A stretch of 64,000 nt of DNA from Octopus vulgaris. Taxonomy: Eukaryota. Position 1 is the stretch's first letter, and each line of letters opens with the position of its first letter. The notes beneath the pieces were generated by a model. That model did not search any database, was not told the DNA's origin, and worked only from the letters and a program-made list of their open reading frames with translations. The stretch is from NCBI GenBank assembly GCA_951406725.2, contig OX597817.1, forward strand, positions 111,290,001-111,354,000. Direction: 5' to 3'. Both the position numbers and the translations under genes were made by a program. Shown in pieces: positions 39,835-53,682 of the stretch.

Positions 39835-40200
39835 TGAGGTCAGTGGATTGGTAGAATAATTAGTGTTGGTAGAAATGCTTTGTATATTTGGTCTGAATTT
39901 TTCTGTCCTGATTTTAAATTTCACTGAGTTCAACTTTACCTTTCACCCTTTCATAGTCAATAAAGTAAATATCAGTCAAGTATTGGAGTCAGTGTAATCA
40001 ATCCCCTCTCATCAAAATTGCTGGCTTTATGCCTAAATTAGAAACTATTATTATAAGTGACAAGCTGACATTTCAAATCCTCTGGAGGTCATCTTTGCCT
40101 TGCCTCCTTTCCAGGTCAATAAAATAAAGTACCAGTCAAGAACTGAGGTTCATGTTATTGACTTCCCTTCCCTTCAAAATTGCTGGCTTTGTACTATAAT
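39835..40200 (+). mobile_element. Two tandem degraded family A SINEs
   Basis: caactttacctttcacccttt / ctttgccttgcctcctttccaggtcaataaaataaagtaccag. Confidence 0.7.
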
Positions 40201-40455
40201 AATAATAACAATAACATTACCACCATCACCATTATTATTATCATCATTATTATTAGTAGTAGTAGGGAATCCATTCATTGTTAATAATGTGAGAATATCT
40301 AGGACAAAAAAATTTACTTCCCTTCCCTTCAAAATTGCTGGCCTTTTACTATTATAATAATAATATTATCACCACCCTCATTATTATTATTATTAGTAGT
40401 AGTAGTAGGGGATCCATTCATTGTTAATTATGTGAGAGTATCTAGGACAAAAAAA
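40161..40455 (+). repeat. Local tandem duplication, unit about 155 bp
   Basis: acttcccttcccttcaaaattgctggc...agtagtaggg.atccattcattgttaat.atgtgag..tatctaggacaaaaaa occurs at 40161 and 40316. Confidence 0.85.
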
Positions 40456-41494
40456 AAAATCACATGTCTAACTACAGTTTGAATTTTCTTGGATAGCTGT
40501 ACTGCAGACAATATTAATTAACAGGGATCATATAATGATTTACCGAATTCTCCTCACCCCATTCTGTGGATCATTCATCTTCAACAAGAGATTTAGCAAA
40601 TAAAATAAAAACTTAATTTTTATTGTTTTTTTCTTTTTCTGGTTGATAGTTTGAAAGTAAAGTTGATTTGTTTTTTCTATATATGAATACCTACATAACA
40701 TTTAAATAGCTTTTTTATTTACATAAATAATAATAATAATCCATAAATAACTAAATAATTCTCATATTCAATATATTGATCAAATTGTTATTTTCACTAA
40801 TAATTTCTTACTTTGGGTGTATGTAAAAATTTCAAGGTGAATTTGATTGCACCTATCCTTAAAGCTAGATATTTTTATTGCTTTACTTCATTAGTTTTTG
40901 TGATGTGTATTTAGATAATTTATTTTTATTACATTCTTTTAGTCAAAATAGTCTAAATATAAATAGTCTCTCTCTACCTCTCTGTCTGTCTCTCTCTTTC
41001 TCTCTCTCTCATATGCATTACTTCCACATTACAGATAAAATTTATATATACTAAATATCAATTTTCTAATCAAATTAGGTCAACCACTGCCTTTTTCCTT
41101 AATCAGTTTCCCAGGCAGCTACTGTTATTTCATCTCTTCTTTCTCCCTCTCACACTTCTCTCATCCCTGCTCTTTTCTTTTCTCCTCCCTCTTCACTTTC
41201 TGTTTTTTGCTGCATTCTTGACATTGAAAAACAATATAATGCTGACAGAGTGAATGGGTGAGGGAGATAGTATTGCAGAGAAGATGGTCAGAAGTGTGTT
41301 CATTGCTCTCGCCTCCCCACCCTCTCTCCTGGATTTATCTGGAGGGACATTGGGCCTTCTTTATATGCCTGTTGCATTTCCTAGGTTAATCAAAAAATTC
41401 CTTTGTCTGTTAGTGTGCCTTATTTTCATTATAGTTCAGTCACTTTCTTCATCATTATCATCATCATTGTCTTGTTGATTTTGTCAGGCTTCCA

Positions 41495-41692
41495 TAGCAT
41501 ACCAGGCAAAATGCTTAGCAGTATTTTGCCCGTTGCTATGTTCTGAGGTCAAGTTCTGCCGAGGTCGACTTTGCCTTTCATCCTTTTGGAGTCGATAAAT
41601 TAAGTACCAATGAAACACTGGGATCAATGTAATCGACTAGCCCCCTCCTGCAAAATTTCAGGCCTTGTGCCTTTAGTAGAAAGGTTTATTAT
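41495..41692 (+). mobile_element. Family A SINE
   Basis: ccgaggtcgactttgcctttcatccttttggagtcgataaattaagtacc. Confidence 0.85.
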
Positions 41693-41699
41693 TATCATT

Positions 41700-42520
41700 C
41701 CTTCATAACACAATGTAGGTAAGAATGCACTGGAGTCTTTAGTCATCTGTCAGTCACAACAAGGACCTCAGACAAATAATACTTTCCTTAAGATGTGCGC
41801 TGTGTCCAATAAGGCTGCTTTTTGCAAGACATCAATTTTGCATGGGGTTTCCAGTTGCCTTGAGGAGTCTTGAGGTTTCAATGGAATTGAGCCCAATGCA
41901 CTGATCACCACTGGTATCACTTTTACATTACCCTCTCGCATTTCATTACAGTCTTGCCATTTCCACTTTCCTCATGATATCAAGCCGAGTGTCCCAATAA
42001 TAATAGGTAATGTTGTTGTTTTGAGATGTCACATTCTTCCAATTTTTATCCTCAGGTCCTTATACATGCTCAGTCTTGCAAATATTTTCAGAGACATGGT
42101 TTTGTTGGCTAAAGTTGCAGTGTCAATCAGGTGACAAGTCTTTTCAATATGATTTTTCACTATAAGATCTGGTCAGTTTGCCTGTAGTTTCCAAACAGTG
42201 TGAACACTGAAATTCCAAAGGACGGTAGCCTCAGCATTTTGGTCAACTTGTGGTGGCTTGTGTTTTCACTAATTGTTTTTGTGATGGAGGTTATATGCAC
42301 AGCATACTGACCAGTTGATGTACTGAGCTGCTCTGTTATGCCTTTGCAAATATTCTGTTAGTGCCAGTCTGCTGCATCCAGAGATTATGTGGTCAATTGT
42401 CTCTGGATTCTCATTGCATATGCGGCATGATGATTTCATATTTCAGGACATTACTCTAGTTATTCCTAGTTGGAAGAGACTGATCCTGAGCAGCCATGAT
42501 ATATCCCTCAGTTACTGGTT
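41700..42520 (-). mobile_element. Decayed RLE-type (R4/Dong-like) non-LTR retrotransposon, 3' part
   Basis: 42130-42520 aligns with 11070-11430. The downstream part encodes a PVVISALGSI-like RLE C-terminal motif. Confidence 0.7.
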
Positions 42521-42527
42521 ATTCTAT

Positions 42528-42870
42528 AGCGAGCTGGCAGAATTGTTGCCATGCCAAGTAAAAATGCCTTCTTCAATTTTACTTTTCATCCTTCTTCAAT
42601 TCTAAGTTCAAATTCCACTAAGGTCAACCATGCTTTTCCTCCTTTTGTTGCCTGATGATAATGATGATGATAATAATAATAATCCTTTGTACTAAAGGCA
42701 CAAGACCTGAAATTTTGGGTGAAGGGACTAGTCGATTACATCAACCCCGGTGTTTCACTGGTACTTAATTTATCGACTTTGGCAGAATTCAAACTCATAA
42801 TGTAGCAACAGGCAAAATACTGCTAAGCATTTTGTCCAGCATGCTAGCAATTCTGCTAGCTCGCCTCCTT
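42528..42870. mobile_element. Convergent family A SINEs (+ partial 42528-42650; - 42683-42870)
   Basis: gagctggcagaattgtt on the + strand and its reverse complement at 42845-42865. Confidence 0.75.
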
Positions 42871-43865
42871 AGTAATAATAATAACCACTAATGGAACTCC
42901 AGTGTCATTGTGACATAAGTACAAGTTAAAAGAGTTTTGTTTACAGAGATCCACATGTGTCCAAGTGTTTGAATGTGTATGTATGATTTTTTCGTAATGA
43001 TGTATAAGAGTGTCAATGTTTAAGACAATATCCATTTGTAGACAACAGTTTAAGAATGTATGAAAAGATAACAAGGATTTATTTTAGTTGAAACTGAACT
43101 GTGTGTCTCTAGTCAGGGAAGAAAGGGCAGCTCCCCACCAACTTTTTTTTTACTACTTACTCAAGGAAGGAAAGGGCAACATACATTATTATTATTTTTT
43201 TTCTTTCTTGACTGCTGAAACTGGTAGGTGGGAAAGGAAGTTACACACAAACTGGAGGTATCACCTGAATGCTTACAGCAGAGTGAACTCCATCAAAGTT
43301 ACCTGGGGGCCAGATCAGGGATCTCAGAACACAATAAGCCAAAATGAACTATGCAAGGCATTTTGCCCTACATTCAAATAATTCTACTAAATCACCAACC
43401 TAATTGTTTAGTTGTTCATTGATTGGTTTCAAACATCCAGCTGTGACACTTCTAGAGAAAGACAAACACACACGATAACACACATATATATCATACACAC
43501 ACACACACACACACACACAGTAAGAGAGAGAAAGAGCAAATATGTAATTGAAGAGCCACAAATTCACTGAAAATATGCAGTTACATTCACTTTCAATTTA
43601 TAATCTTGCTAGTATTATCTACTATAAATGTCAATAATATTTCATCATATGATCTACTCTAACATTATTCCATCTCTCTGTGTGTATGTGTATGGGCTTG
43701 TGTGTATATGTATAAGTTGTGTATATGTGTGAGTGTAATATAAATATGCATATTCAACTAATAAAGAATATAACATCCTTTATTTCCTGAAGTAGTGAGT
43801 ACTTTCTATCTGCAAACTTTGTACTTAGGAACAAACACATAGGAATGTGCATGTGTTTAATGGAA

Positions 43866-44019
43866 TAGGCTCAGGAGTGGCTGTGTGGTAAGTAGCTTGT
43901 TTACCAACCACATGATTCCGGGGTTCAGTCCCACTGCGTGGCACCTTGGGCAAAGGCCGACCAAAGCCTTGTGAGTGGATTTGGTAGATGGAAACTGAAA
44001 GAAGCCTGTCGTATATATG

Positions 44020-44057
<38 letters not shown>

Positions 44058-44338
44058 CATATATACATACATATATATGCAACTTTTAATAAAGCCTGTC
44101 TTTGTATGAAACAATTGTACTAAAAACTAATCCATTCTTGTTGCTTCTTTCTCGTATATATATATATATATATAGTGATGGTGTGTTTATGACCCCGTCA
44201 CTTATCGATTTGGCAAAAGAAACAAATAGAATAAGTACTGGGCTTACAAAGAATAAGTCCCGGGGTTGAGTTGCTCGATTAAAGGTGGTGCTCCAGCATG
44301 GCCACAGTCAAATGACTGAAGCAAGTAAAAAGAGTATA
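43866..44338 (+). mobile_element. CORE-like bipartite SINE (family B) with expanded internal (TA)n region
   Basis: tRNA-like head ggagtggctgtgtggtaag...ggttcagtccc, ggcaccttgggcaa core, and 3' end ggtgctccagcatggccacagtcaaatgactgaa. Confidence 0.85.
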
Positions 44339-44383
44339 TATATATATATATATATAGATACATATACTTTTATTCTTTTCTTG

Positions 44384-44653
44384 TACTCTTTTACTTGTTT
44401 CAGTAACTTGACTGTGTCCATGCTGGAGCACCGCCTTGAAGGGTTTTTTAGTCAAACAAATCAACCCCAGGACTTATTTTCTTAAGCCTAGTACTTATTG
44501 TATCAGTCACTTTTGCTGAACCATCATGTTATGGGAACATATAAACACACCAGCACTGGTAGACAGTAATGGGGTGATAAACTCAGACACAAAGGCACAT
44601 GCACACAGACACATACATACATACATACATACATACATACATACATACATACA

Positions 44654-44689
<36 letters not shown>

Positions 44690-44865
44690 TATATATACAC
44701 ACACATACACTGGGCTTCTTTCAGTTTCCATCTACCAAATCCACTCACAAGGCTTTGGTTGACCTGAAGCTATATTAGAAGACACTTGCCCAAGTTACCA
44801 CACAGTGGAACTGAACCTGGAATCATATGGTTAGGAAACAAGCTGCTTAACACACTGCTACACGT
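44384..44865 (-). mobile_element. CORE-like bipartite SINE (family B) with internal (CATA)n
   Basis: Reverse complement of the preceding element. Confidence 0.85.
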
Positions 44866-45915
44866 GCACCTATATATACGTGTGTGTGTGTGTGAAATTT
44901 CATTATACATAAACACATACATATGTGTCTGTCCAATTTTTGCATCCAAAGATCATGAGATGGAATGGCATGCCCTCAAATATTTATGTGAATTGATCCT
45001 TGATGCTGCAGAGCATTTTATCTTGTCGGTGGTTAGTAGTTTTAAATTGAGGGTCAGTTAACATAATCCAATTCTATTCTATTGATTTGCAGATCTGATT
45101 ATAGTGACTCTATTGGCTAATATGACTGCAGTGACCAGCAAACTGTAGGTTTTACATTGGCATGGCCTTATCTTAGGTGAATTGCCTTACAAGGCTAGAG
45201 ATATCAGTTCTACCTACCCTCGAGTTCAAAGAGGGCATCAGATCATCTGAAGGATTCCAGTCTTTGATTTACTGTTGAGTGACTTCCTTAGCCTTTTCCC
45301 TTCCCAGGGCACTCACAGGATAATAAGGATAGACATTCCATTATATATACATGTATATGTATATATAATGCAAATTTTTAGATTTATTTTTATTATTGTT
45401 AGTCCTGATAGACCAGACTTATAATCAAAGTCATTTTTATCTCATGTTTTTGCATAGTCAAAATTTTACTTCCTTTTTCTTGATGATAGGATGTGAGTTA
45501 AAGAAGGTTTGGTTTCTATTTCCAGTGGGTAAAACTATCATCTCTTGGTTTGCTTATTGTGTTGGACTTGATTTTATTTTTAATGATGGACAAAGCAGAA
45601 TTGAACAAAAAATGACTGAATCAATATTTTTATTATTTCTTTTAATAATGCTTTAAAAAATTAGGTAGATTTAAGTGAGTACAAAATAAGAACCCATTTT
45701 ATTTCTACTGCCATGTTTAGTTCATGTACTTTCACAAAATTTGATGTTAAAATATGTGAACAGAGAGCTGTGTGTGTACATACATATTTATGTGTGGATG
45801 GATGGAAACAAAGGGAATCAAACTGAGAACTAGTATGAGAAACACTTATTTCAAAATAGTGCATAGTTTAGTTCCTTCTAAAAAGTTTTTTGTTGTTTTT
45901 AGCTCCCTTGGTATG

Positions 45916-46040
45916 TAACACCATCAAGACCAAGAGAGGCATAGTTGTGCTTATTCTTAAGGTGACGTCGCAGCATTGCAGGTGTAAATTTCATAGTTGT
46001 TATGGAATTTGGTGTCAAAGGTGATGGAGATGGTACGTTT
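45916..46040 (-). mobile_element. Isolated internal fragment of the CR1/L2-group LINE, duplicating 46611-46734
   Basis: Near-identical direct repeat of about 125 bp. Confidence 0.85.
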
Positions 46041-46119
46041 GTCTATAAATGGATATTGTTTTACACAAACACTCTCTTACAAACTCTCCTGCAAATAAAA
46101 TAATAATAATAATAATAAT

Positions 46120-46922
46120 AATGAGATTATTGTGTATAGTGCTCAGGTGCACTACAACTCATCAAAGGTGCCTGTACAGTACATAGAATTATGTACAAAA
46201 GTCAGGAAAGTGAACAGTGCATGAGTCATGATATACATATGTACATGTGTATGGAGGGGGTGGGGAATATCAGGTGTGGTGTTGGCGAATTTCAGGTAGC
46301 ATGGAGGTTTTAAAGGATGCAATGTATTGGCAATTAACTACTGATGCAGGTAATTTGTTCCATGCTTCGGCAACCCTGAGTGTGAAAAAATGTTTCTGAA
46401 AGCCATGAGAGCTGTGCTGTTTTCTGACTTCACTAGTAAGACTGACTGGACGATAGCTGATAGGTGACATGCAGTCACCCTTTTTGAACAGAGGAATGAC
46501 ACTGGCAGTTTTCCACTGCTCCAGTGTAGCACCATTGTTAAGACAGAACTGAAAGAAGAGTGAAAGCTGGTGCAGAAGAAAGTACCCACCATGTTTGATA
46601 AGTAGGTACATAATACCATCAAGACCAGGAGAGGCATAGTTGTGCTTATTCTTAAGGTGACATCGCAGCATTGCAGATGTAAATTCCATAGTTGTTATGG
46701 AATTTGGTGTCAAAGGTGATAGAGATGGTACGTTTTGGTTTTTGACAGTAAAAATGCTTGCATAGCATTCAGCAATGAGTTCTGTGCATTCTTTGGGATC
46801 ATCAGTAATTTGGCTTGTGTGAGGATTGCGAAGAGGACTAACTGGAGAGAGAAGTCTTTGCTTTAAACATACATATTTCCAGAATAGCTTACTGTCCAGG
46901 TTGGTTGTTGAACACTCTCCTG
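46120..46922 (-). mobile_element. Internally deleted CR1/L2/Jockey-group LINE
   Basis: SPGLDGI...WKTASVIPLFKKGD...YRPVSLTS (pre-RT) is fused to the C-terminus VRKQHSSHGFQKHFFTLRVAEAWNKLP. 3' UTR matches 10070-10190, with an (att)n tail. Confidence 0.88.
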
Positions 46923-48479
46923 CACGCACACACACACACACACACAGGAAAATAAACAATGAAATGGTCTTGCATTCAGTTTCATTTTCTGTTAGTAACA
47001 AGCTCTAAGGTAGTAATTCTCAATCTTAGTGATGCACTGGAGATCAAATGAAAATTGCTGTCACACTTCACATGAAATGCTTAAAGCAAAAAGCGTAATT
47101 TAAAAGTTAAATATTCAAAAAGAAAATATATGGTAAATTATTGTTTTCCCCTTTTCACTAATTATACTTGTGTATGACAAAATTATGAATAACATCTTTT
47201 GCAAGATGCTCAAGCATTAGCATGGATTTTCTAAAGCTTAAATTCATCATCATCATTATTATCGTCTTTTTGATATCCACTCTTCCCATACCCCCATAGG
47301 TCAGACAATGTTTATAGAGGTATATTTTCTATGACCAGATTCCCTTCCTGTTGCCAAGCCTTACCTGTTTCTAAACAAGGTAATATTTCCCCTATGGCCA
47401 GACATATTTTCTTGGAATATTCAAAATGAATGACATTCATTTACAACAATCCACAAATATGCTCATACTCACACACATACATAAATACATAGCAGTTTTA
47501 AAAATTGCAGCATGCCTAATTGAAAACCCCAATAAGGACTTATTCCTATTTGTGTTTAAACCTGATATATTCCAATATTGATATAAGTGACAGGGTTGTT
47601 AAAGCATCAGATAATTGCTTTGCATTAATTATTCTGGCTCTCTCTCTCTTTCTCTCTTTGCCCTGAACTCAAATCCTGTTGTGGTAAACTTTGCATTTTA
47701 TCCTTTAAGGATTGATTCTTCCCTTTCTCTCTTTCAGTTTATCTGTTTTTCTCTCTTCTGCACAAAATCAGTTGTTGTCAGACCTGGTGTGGAGGGGGAA
47801 ACCAAGATACCTCTACATCACTCTAGTGTCCTTGGAATTCCAACAAGGAGTTGAGGGCCCATGCAAGACATAAGTACTTGATTTGAATTGTTACATATCC
47901 TGAGGAGTGCTTTAGAAAAGATTTTATGCTTTCCCCTTCAAGAGTAGCAATTATTTTAGCATTGATTATTTAATTAATGTTGGTTAAGGGCTTTTCATAA
48001 ATAAACTGGATTGAAATTTATTAAATTGTACATTATATGTTTTTCATATGTGTTAGTACAAAGGTCCACCATTTTGTTCTAAATGAGTCAGGAAATTTCA
48101 TAAATGATATTTTGTGAAATAGATAAAATAGAAAATGAATGACTAAAAGTAATATTCCTGTACATGATATTCATTGCCTTTTCTCCACTCCCTTATTATG
48201 GTCATTGTTCTCATCATCAATTTCATTTGACACACTTTTCTCAGTCTTAATTCTCTCATCTCACATTGCTGAATCATATTCAGTAATTTGACTAGAATTA
48301 AGTTTATTGATTCCAACTTTCCTATAGTTTGATTATTATTGTTTTACTTACTATTCACTCGTCTACTAGTACTATGTAAGCAAAGTCTTCAGAATTTACC
48401 CTCCTATATTTCAAAACTTTTTCAATCTTACTCATAAAGCAGTATTTTTATATACTTTTCAGATAGACCTGTAGATTTT

Positions 48480-49280
48480 ACAGTTTAATAGAATGAGTTT
48501 CTAAGTTCAAATCCTGCTAAGGCTGACTTTGTCTTTCATTCTTTGGAGTTGATAAAATAAGTGGCAGCCAAGTACTACGGGGCGATATGATTGGCTTTTC
48601 CTTCTCTTAAATTTTGTAGCCATTATCAAAAATCGATAATATGGATTACTAACTACCACTTGTACAACATATTATTTGAATTGATGTTTATAAAATGTTT
48701 GCTGTATAATCCACCGAAGCTTCCAAAGTTATTACAGCAAAAAGTCATTCTCAGATTTAATTACTCACATAATGGGTTCAACTAACAAGTTATAGCAGAT
48801 ATATTAGTTTTAGTCTGAAAGAAATGGTGTGTGATATAATTGGGTAAAATTTTCAAGTAGTTATCAATTGAAATAAGACAGACCCTTTTTTATTATTATA
48901 AATTTTCCATCTGTATCATTATGATATCATTTAGTTTCAGTCTGTTCTATATACAAGCTGCTATGTTCAATCTAAACTGCTTTAAATATTAGCTATAATT
49001 AGCTTAGGGATTGGTTGCTTTTTAAATGTATGAGTACATGTGTATTTAATATTATTAGATAGATGGCAAATTGACTGAGTATTCAGAATGCAGGACAAAA
49101 TACTTTGTGGTATTTGTTGTAGTTTTCTGTACTCTGAGTTTAAATATTACCAAGACTTTACTTTTTATCTTTTTGGGGTCAGTGATTTGAAGTACCAGTC
49201 CATGGTGATAGATTGGAAGACTTTTCAGAGCAGCAGATGAGATACCTTGTGGTATTTGTTTCAGCTCTTTGTCTTCTGAT
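48480..49280 (+). mobile_element. Degraded family A SINE copies (about 48480-48640 and 49060-49280)
   Basis: aagttcaaatcctgctaaggctgactttgtctttcattctttggagttgataaaataag and similar motifs. Confidence 0.6.
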
Positions 49281-49988
49281 ATCTTGGATGTTAGACTTAA
49301 GCCACCGCCTGGGTTAATACATCACCTAGTACTTCTTTAATGTATTCAATGGAATTCACTTTGTTGCAAATATTTGGGCCAAGTCAATTTGAGAATAACT
49401 TTTCTTCTAGTCTTGAAGGCCCTGTGAAAAAAAATATAGGTTCATGAATACTGCCTTTCCTTACCATGCAGAAGCATGTAGAAAGAAAGAATTTTCATTC
49501 TTGCTTTCTATAAATGTATCTAGTAAAAGTTCTTTTGACCTAGAGTGCACTTATTAAGATAAGGGTCTGTAAACTCATCATACTTAATATGCATGGTTTT
49601 AAGTAGTGTATGTGTAACTACAGATGAGTTTCCTAGTTATCCTAAAGTTATTTCTCCATTTTCATTACTTTCTAAACAATTTTATTTTCCTACACCTACA
49701 AGTGTCCTGTCTTGTATGTTTACTTACTGATTCTTTGTTTCATCACTATTTTAGCAAGTATTGCTAAATATATTTTGCTGATGACTCAAAGTTAGATGAA
49801 ACATGTCCATGACTTTTCTATACTTTTGGCCAAAATGAAAACAGCATTAAAAATTTCTTTCTTTTTTTTTCTTTTTTTTCTTCTCATATTTATTTCTTGA
49901 TCATCTTTTTATGCTCCTTGCTCTGAATATGTTAACATTAACAACTTAGAGCAATTAGCCTATTCAAGCTGTCTCAGAACAAGACAGA

Positions 49989-50035
<47 letters not shown>

Positions 50036-51065
50036 TAAATATAAATATCATCACTACCACCATTTTATCATCCCTTGTATTTTCTCTTCTTTTTTCTGCT
50101 TTCTCTTTCTGTCTTTTCCTCTCCCACTTTTTTCTCTCTGTACCTTTCTCCATCTCTCTCTCTATATATATCTTCCTTTCTTCATTCACCATTATCAACT
50201 TCACTGTTGGCACCACTGCCTCTGCCAATATCACTACTAGTACTACCAACTGATTTCTTTTCTTTACTAAATTTGAGTTACTTTCCTTAGAATTACATTA
50301 AAGGTAGGTTGGCAAGTACTATTGTATTAGCATATAACTATATGAAGGAAGGTAGTATTTATGTTTACACTGAACTTAAACCTGGTTTTGTTATTTTGTA
50401 TTCTTTAAGTATTGAAGTTAAAATGATTGAACATCAGAAACCCAACATCGCTACAGTCCAGAGGCTGAAATCGATAAAAGAGTAAAAGAATTAAAATTAG
50501 TATTGTTCTAATCCTCAAATAGCAAATGCAATAGGCTCTAAATGTTTAATGATGTAAAAGTGATGACAGTTTGTACCAAAACTCTGTTGGATCATTGAGA
50601 TACTATTCTACATTCAGCTTTTATGTAGTGGACATAAGAAGCTAATACACTTGTTTGGTATCCCGTTGTTGTCTACAGACTTGTAGGACTTGAATATAAC
50701 ACTACAAGCTAAGGAAACATTTGTCAACTTTTACAATGCCACTTTTGTTCTTCCTTCTACTCTAAGCCTTGAATTATATACATACATGCAGTACCCCAAT
50801 AGAGCCAGATGAATTTAGCAAGCAAAACTTAAATGCTTTCATTTTGGATACAAATCACAAATCTCTCAGCGGTTTTTCTGGTTTTCTTATCAAATTGCCC
50901 ATCTGTTGTCTCAGGGCTGAGCTGCATTTAAACAACAGCACCAATTAATGTTTACAGATATATAATGTTTATACATTAGACATATATGTTTATATTAAAA
51001 CCTTAGCTGTTAGTTTATAATTCATTTAATATGTTTGTGTATGTATGTATGTATTGAGAGAGAAA

Positions 51066-51099
<34 letters not shown>

Positions 51100-51585
51100 C
51101 ATACAGAAACTTCCACTTATCTAAGGCAGATCAAAAATAACAGGCTGTATCAAAGAAAAAAAAAATGAACATTATTTTTTACTACTATGTATATGTGTTA
51201 TATGTGTGAGAATGATGCTTAGAAGTGTGTGTGTGTGTTTGTACCACCCTTGTAGGCAGAGAAGATGTCAACAAATTTGGACAAACCCTCCACAGCTCCA
51301 CGTAAATATAAATATTAAATTTATATTTACATGGAGCTGTAAATATAAATTAGACTCCTAATCTTGGATCTATTTTAGTAATTGAGAATCCACTCAGTTG
51401 TCTGTCTATCTATCTATTTACCCATCCATCCATCCATCTTTTCTTCCTTCTTGTCTGTCTAGTTTTTAACCCAATATTTACACACTGTTATTTATAGCTT
51501 TATATATACTTCGAAGTTTCGATGTTCTAAAAAAAGAATTATTTCACTCTCATTTCAAAGTTTCTAAATTCTTATGGTGTCAAAA

Positions 51586-51631
<46 letters not shown>

Positions 51632-53615
51632 CATTTTTAAAATTAAAATTGAAGCCAAGTTTCATGCTAGTGTGATCATCAAGTGAAACTATCATGACTT
51701 GGTATTGACGGTGTATAATATCCACATGTGTGGTCTGGTACTTGAGTTATTTCATTGGCTGTATGTTCTATATGTGTGTGTGCGCACACACACACAAATA
51801 TATTTGGATATGTATAATATGCTTAGTTTATATAATGTATGGTGATACTCTAGCATGGCCACAGTCCAACAATGCAAAGAGTAACAAGAATTGTATACAA
51901 TATTTCTTCATTATAAGGTTGGCTATAATTATACAGTGTAACAGATCAACAAATTACAAATTAACCATACTAAACCAGTCTATCTGGTGGTGACACTGAG
52001 CTGCCTCTTATTTATGATGTAATTATCGCTATATTATATCTGCTTATATTTTTTTTTCCTTTTTAGTTAATACACATTGATTAGAACTGCAGTGTAATTA
52101 GTCTTTCTGTCAACTGTTTCACTTCAAATACAGATTAAACTACCAGTTGTTTCTGTTAGTTGTTGTTAGCCACAGGTCAGACTATCTGTAACCATTGCAT
52201 CTTCTTTAAGGAGCTTAGAGTGACCTAAATTACTTAATATCTCCTTTCTTTATGGGCTTTCTATCTTTTTAATTAATGAAGTTAGAACTACATTTTACAG
52301 ACAGTTCAAACAGTGGAATAGAATTTATGTTGTGCTTTAGTAATATTGATCAATAGTAGTAAACACTTTCTCTCTATCCTGTCTACTTATCTTTTCTCTA
52401 ATAAAAAATTCTGCCCAAAATGGTAGACTTCACCAATGAAGTTTTGAAATAGCCGTCCCATACCTCATGAGGAAGGAAAGAAAGGATGTTATTTTTCCTT
52501 TATTTTTTAGTAATCTTGTTTCATGAAAAGGAAATTATAATTCAGAAAAAATTTCCAAACATTTCAGTTTTTTATATTTTTAAACCCCACAACCATTTTA
52601 TACCTTTTTCCTCTCTCATGAGGTATAGAGACTTTGAGGGCCAACTATTCTTAAAATTTCACTTCTTCACAGCATAAAACTTATTCCATTGTTTGAACTA
52701 TCTATATAACTATTTGTTGATACAGATTATTATTAATTTCCTTGGATTTTAATGGGTTTAGTACATTATTTAATGTGTTTTCCCTTACATAAGACAGTTG
52801 GGTGTGATATGAGAGAACTTTTACTACTACTTCTAGCAAGATATGTGACCATGCATCCCTGTCGCTAAAGAGGTGCACTGAATAGCCCTGACTTGTCACT
52901 ATTCAATAGTGCACCCACAGATTTACAGTGATAACACTAATTTCAAAACCCCACTTTAACATTATTGCAAATTAGTGCCCACCCAGAATATTCTGAAGCA
53001 CCCCTAAACACTAAAGTCTATTGACAGGCCTCTGACCAATTTGAGACTTTCTCTCTCTTAGTGGCTTGTTTTTCTAAGAGTAAGCACTTCTCTATCTCTC
53101 TCCCCACTATGTTAATAGTTTATTCTATAAGTTACAAAAAATTGCCTGCTTTTATCTATCTAGTCTATTCTACTTTCCTTTTCTCTTATTGTAGTGATGA
53201 TAGTAGGCTGAACTGTTGGCTACTGAACATTCACTTTCATTGTTTGATTTTGTTTATTGCTATTACACCAGTGATTAGATAATAATAGTAAAGTGCCTAC
53301 TGACATACTATCATCATTGCTTCTGTTACAAAAAACTAAAACTAAAAAAAAGAGAGTAAATAAACCGATATTCTAAAGCTGTTCTTTTTTTATAACTGCA
53401 ACAATGAGGTCTCCTAATTGCAAGTAATGACTGGTGGTGGTTGTGGTCGGTCATTTGTAGATTATTACATTGCAATCTAAGCTTCTTATATCAGCTTTAG
53501 CTTGAAAAATCAGCTGAAAGCTTCTGCAGCAGATTAAGACTCAACATGCAATGATAATTCTCTACTAACCATTGTTCCATTTTCCCCTAATATATATATA
53601 TGTGTGTGTGTTTGT

Positions 53616-53649
<34 letters not shown>

Positions 53650-53650
53650 T

Positions 53651-53682
<32 letters not shown>

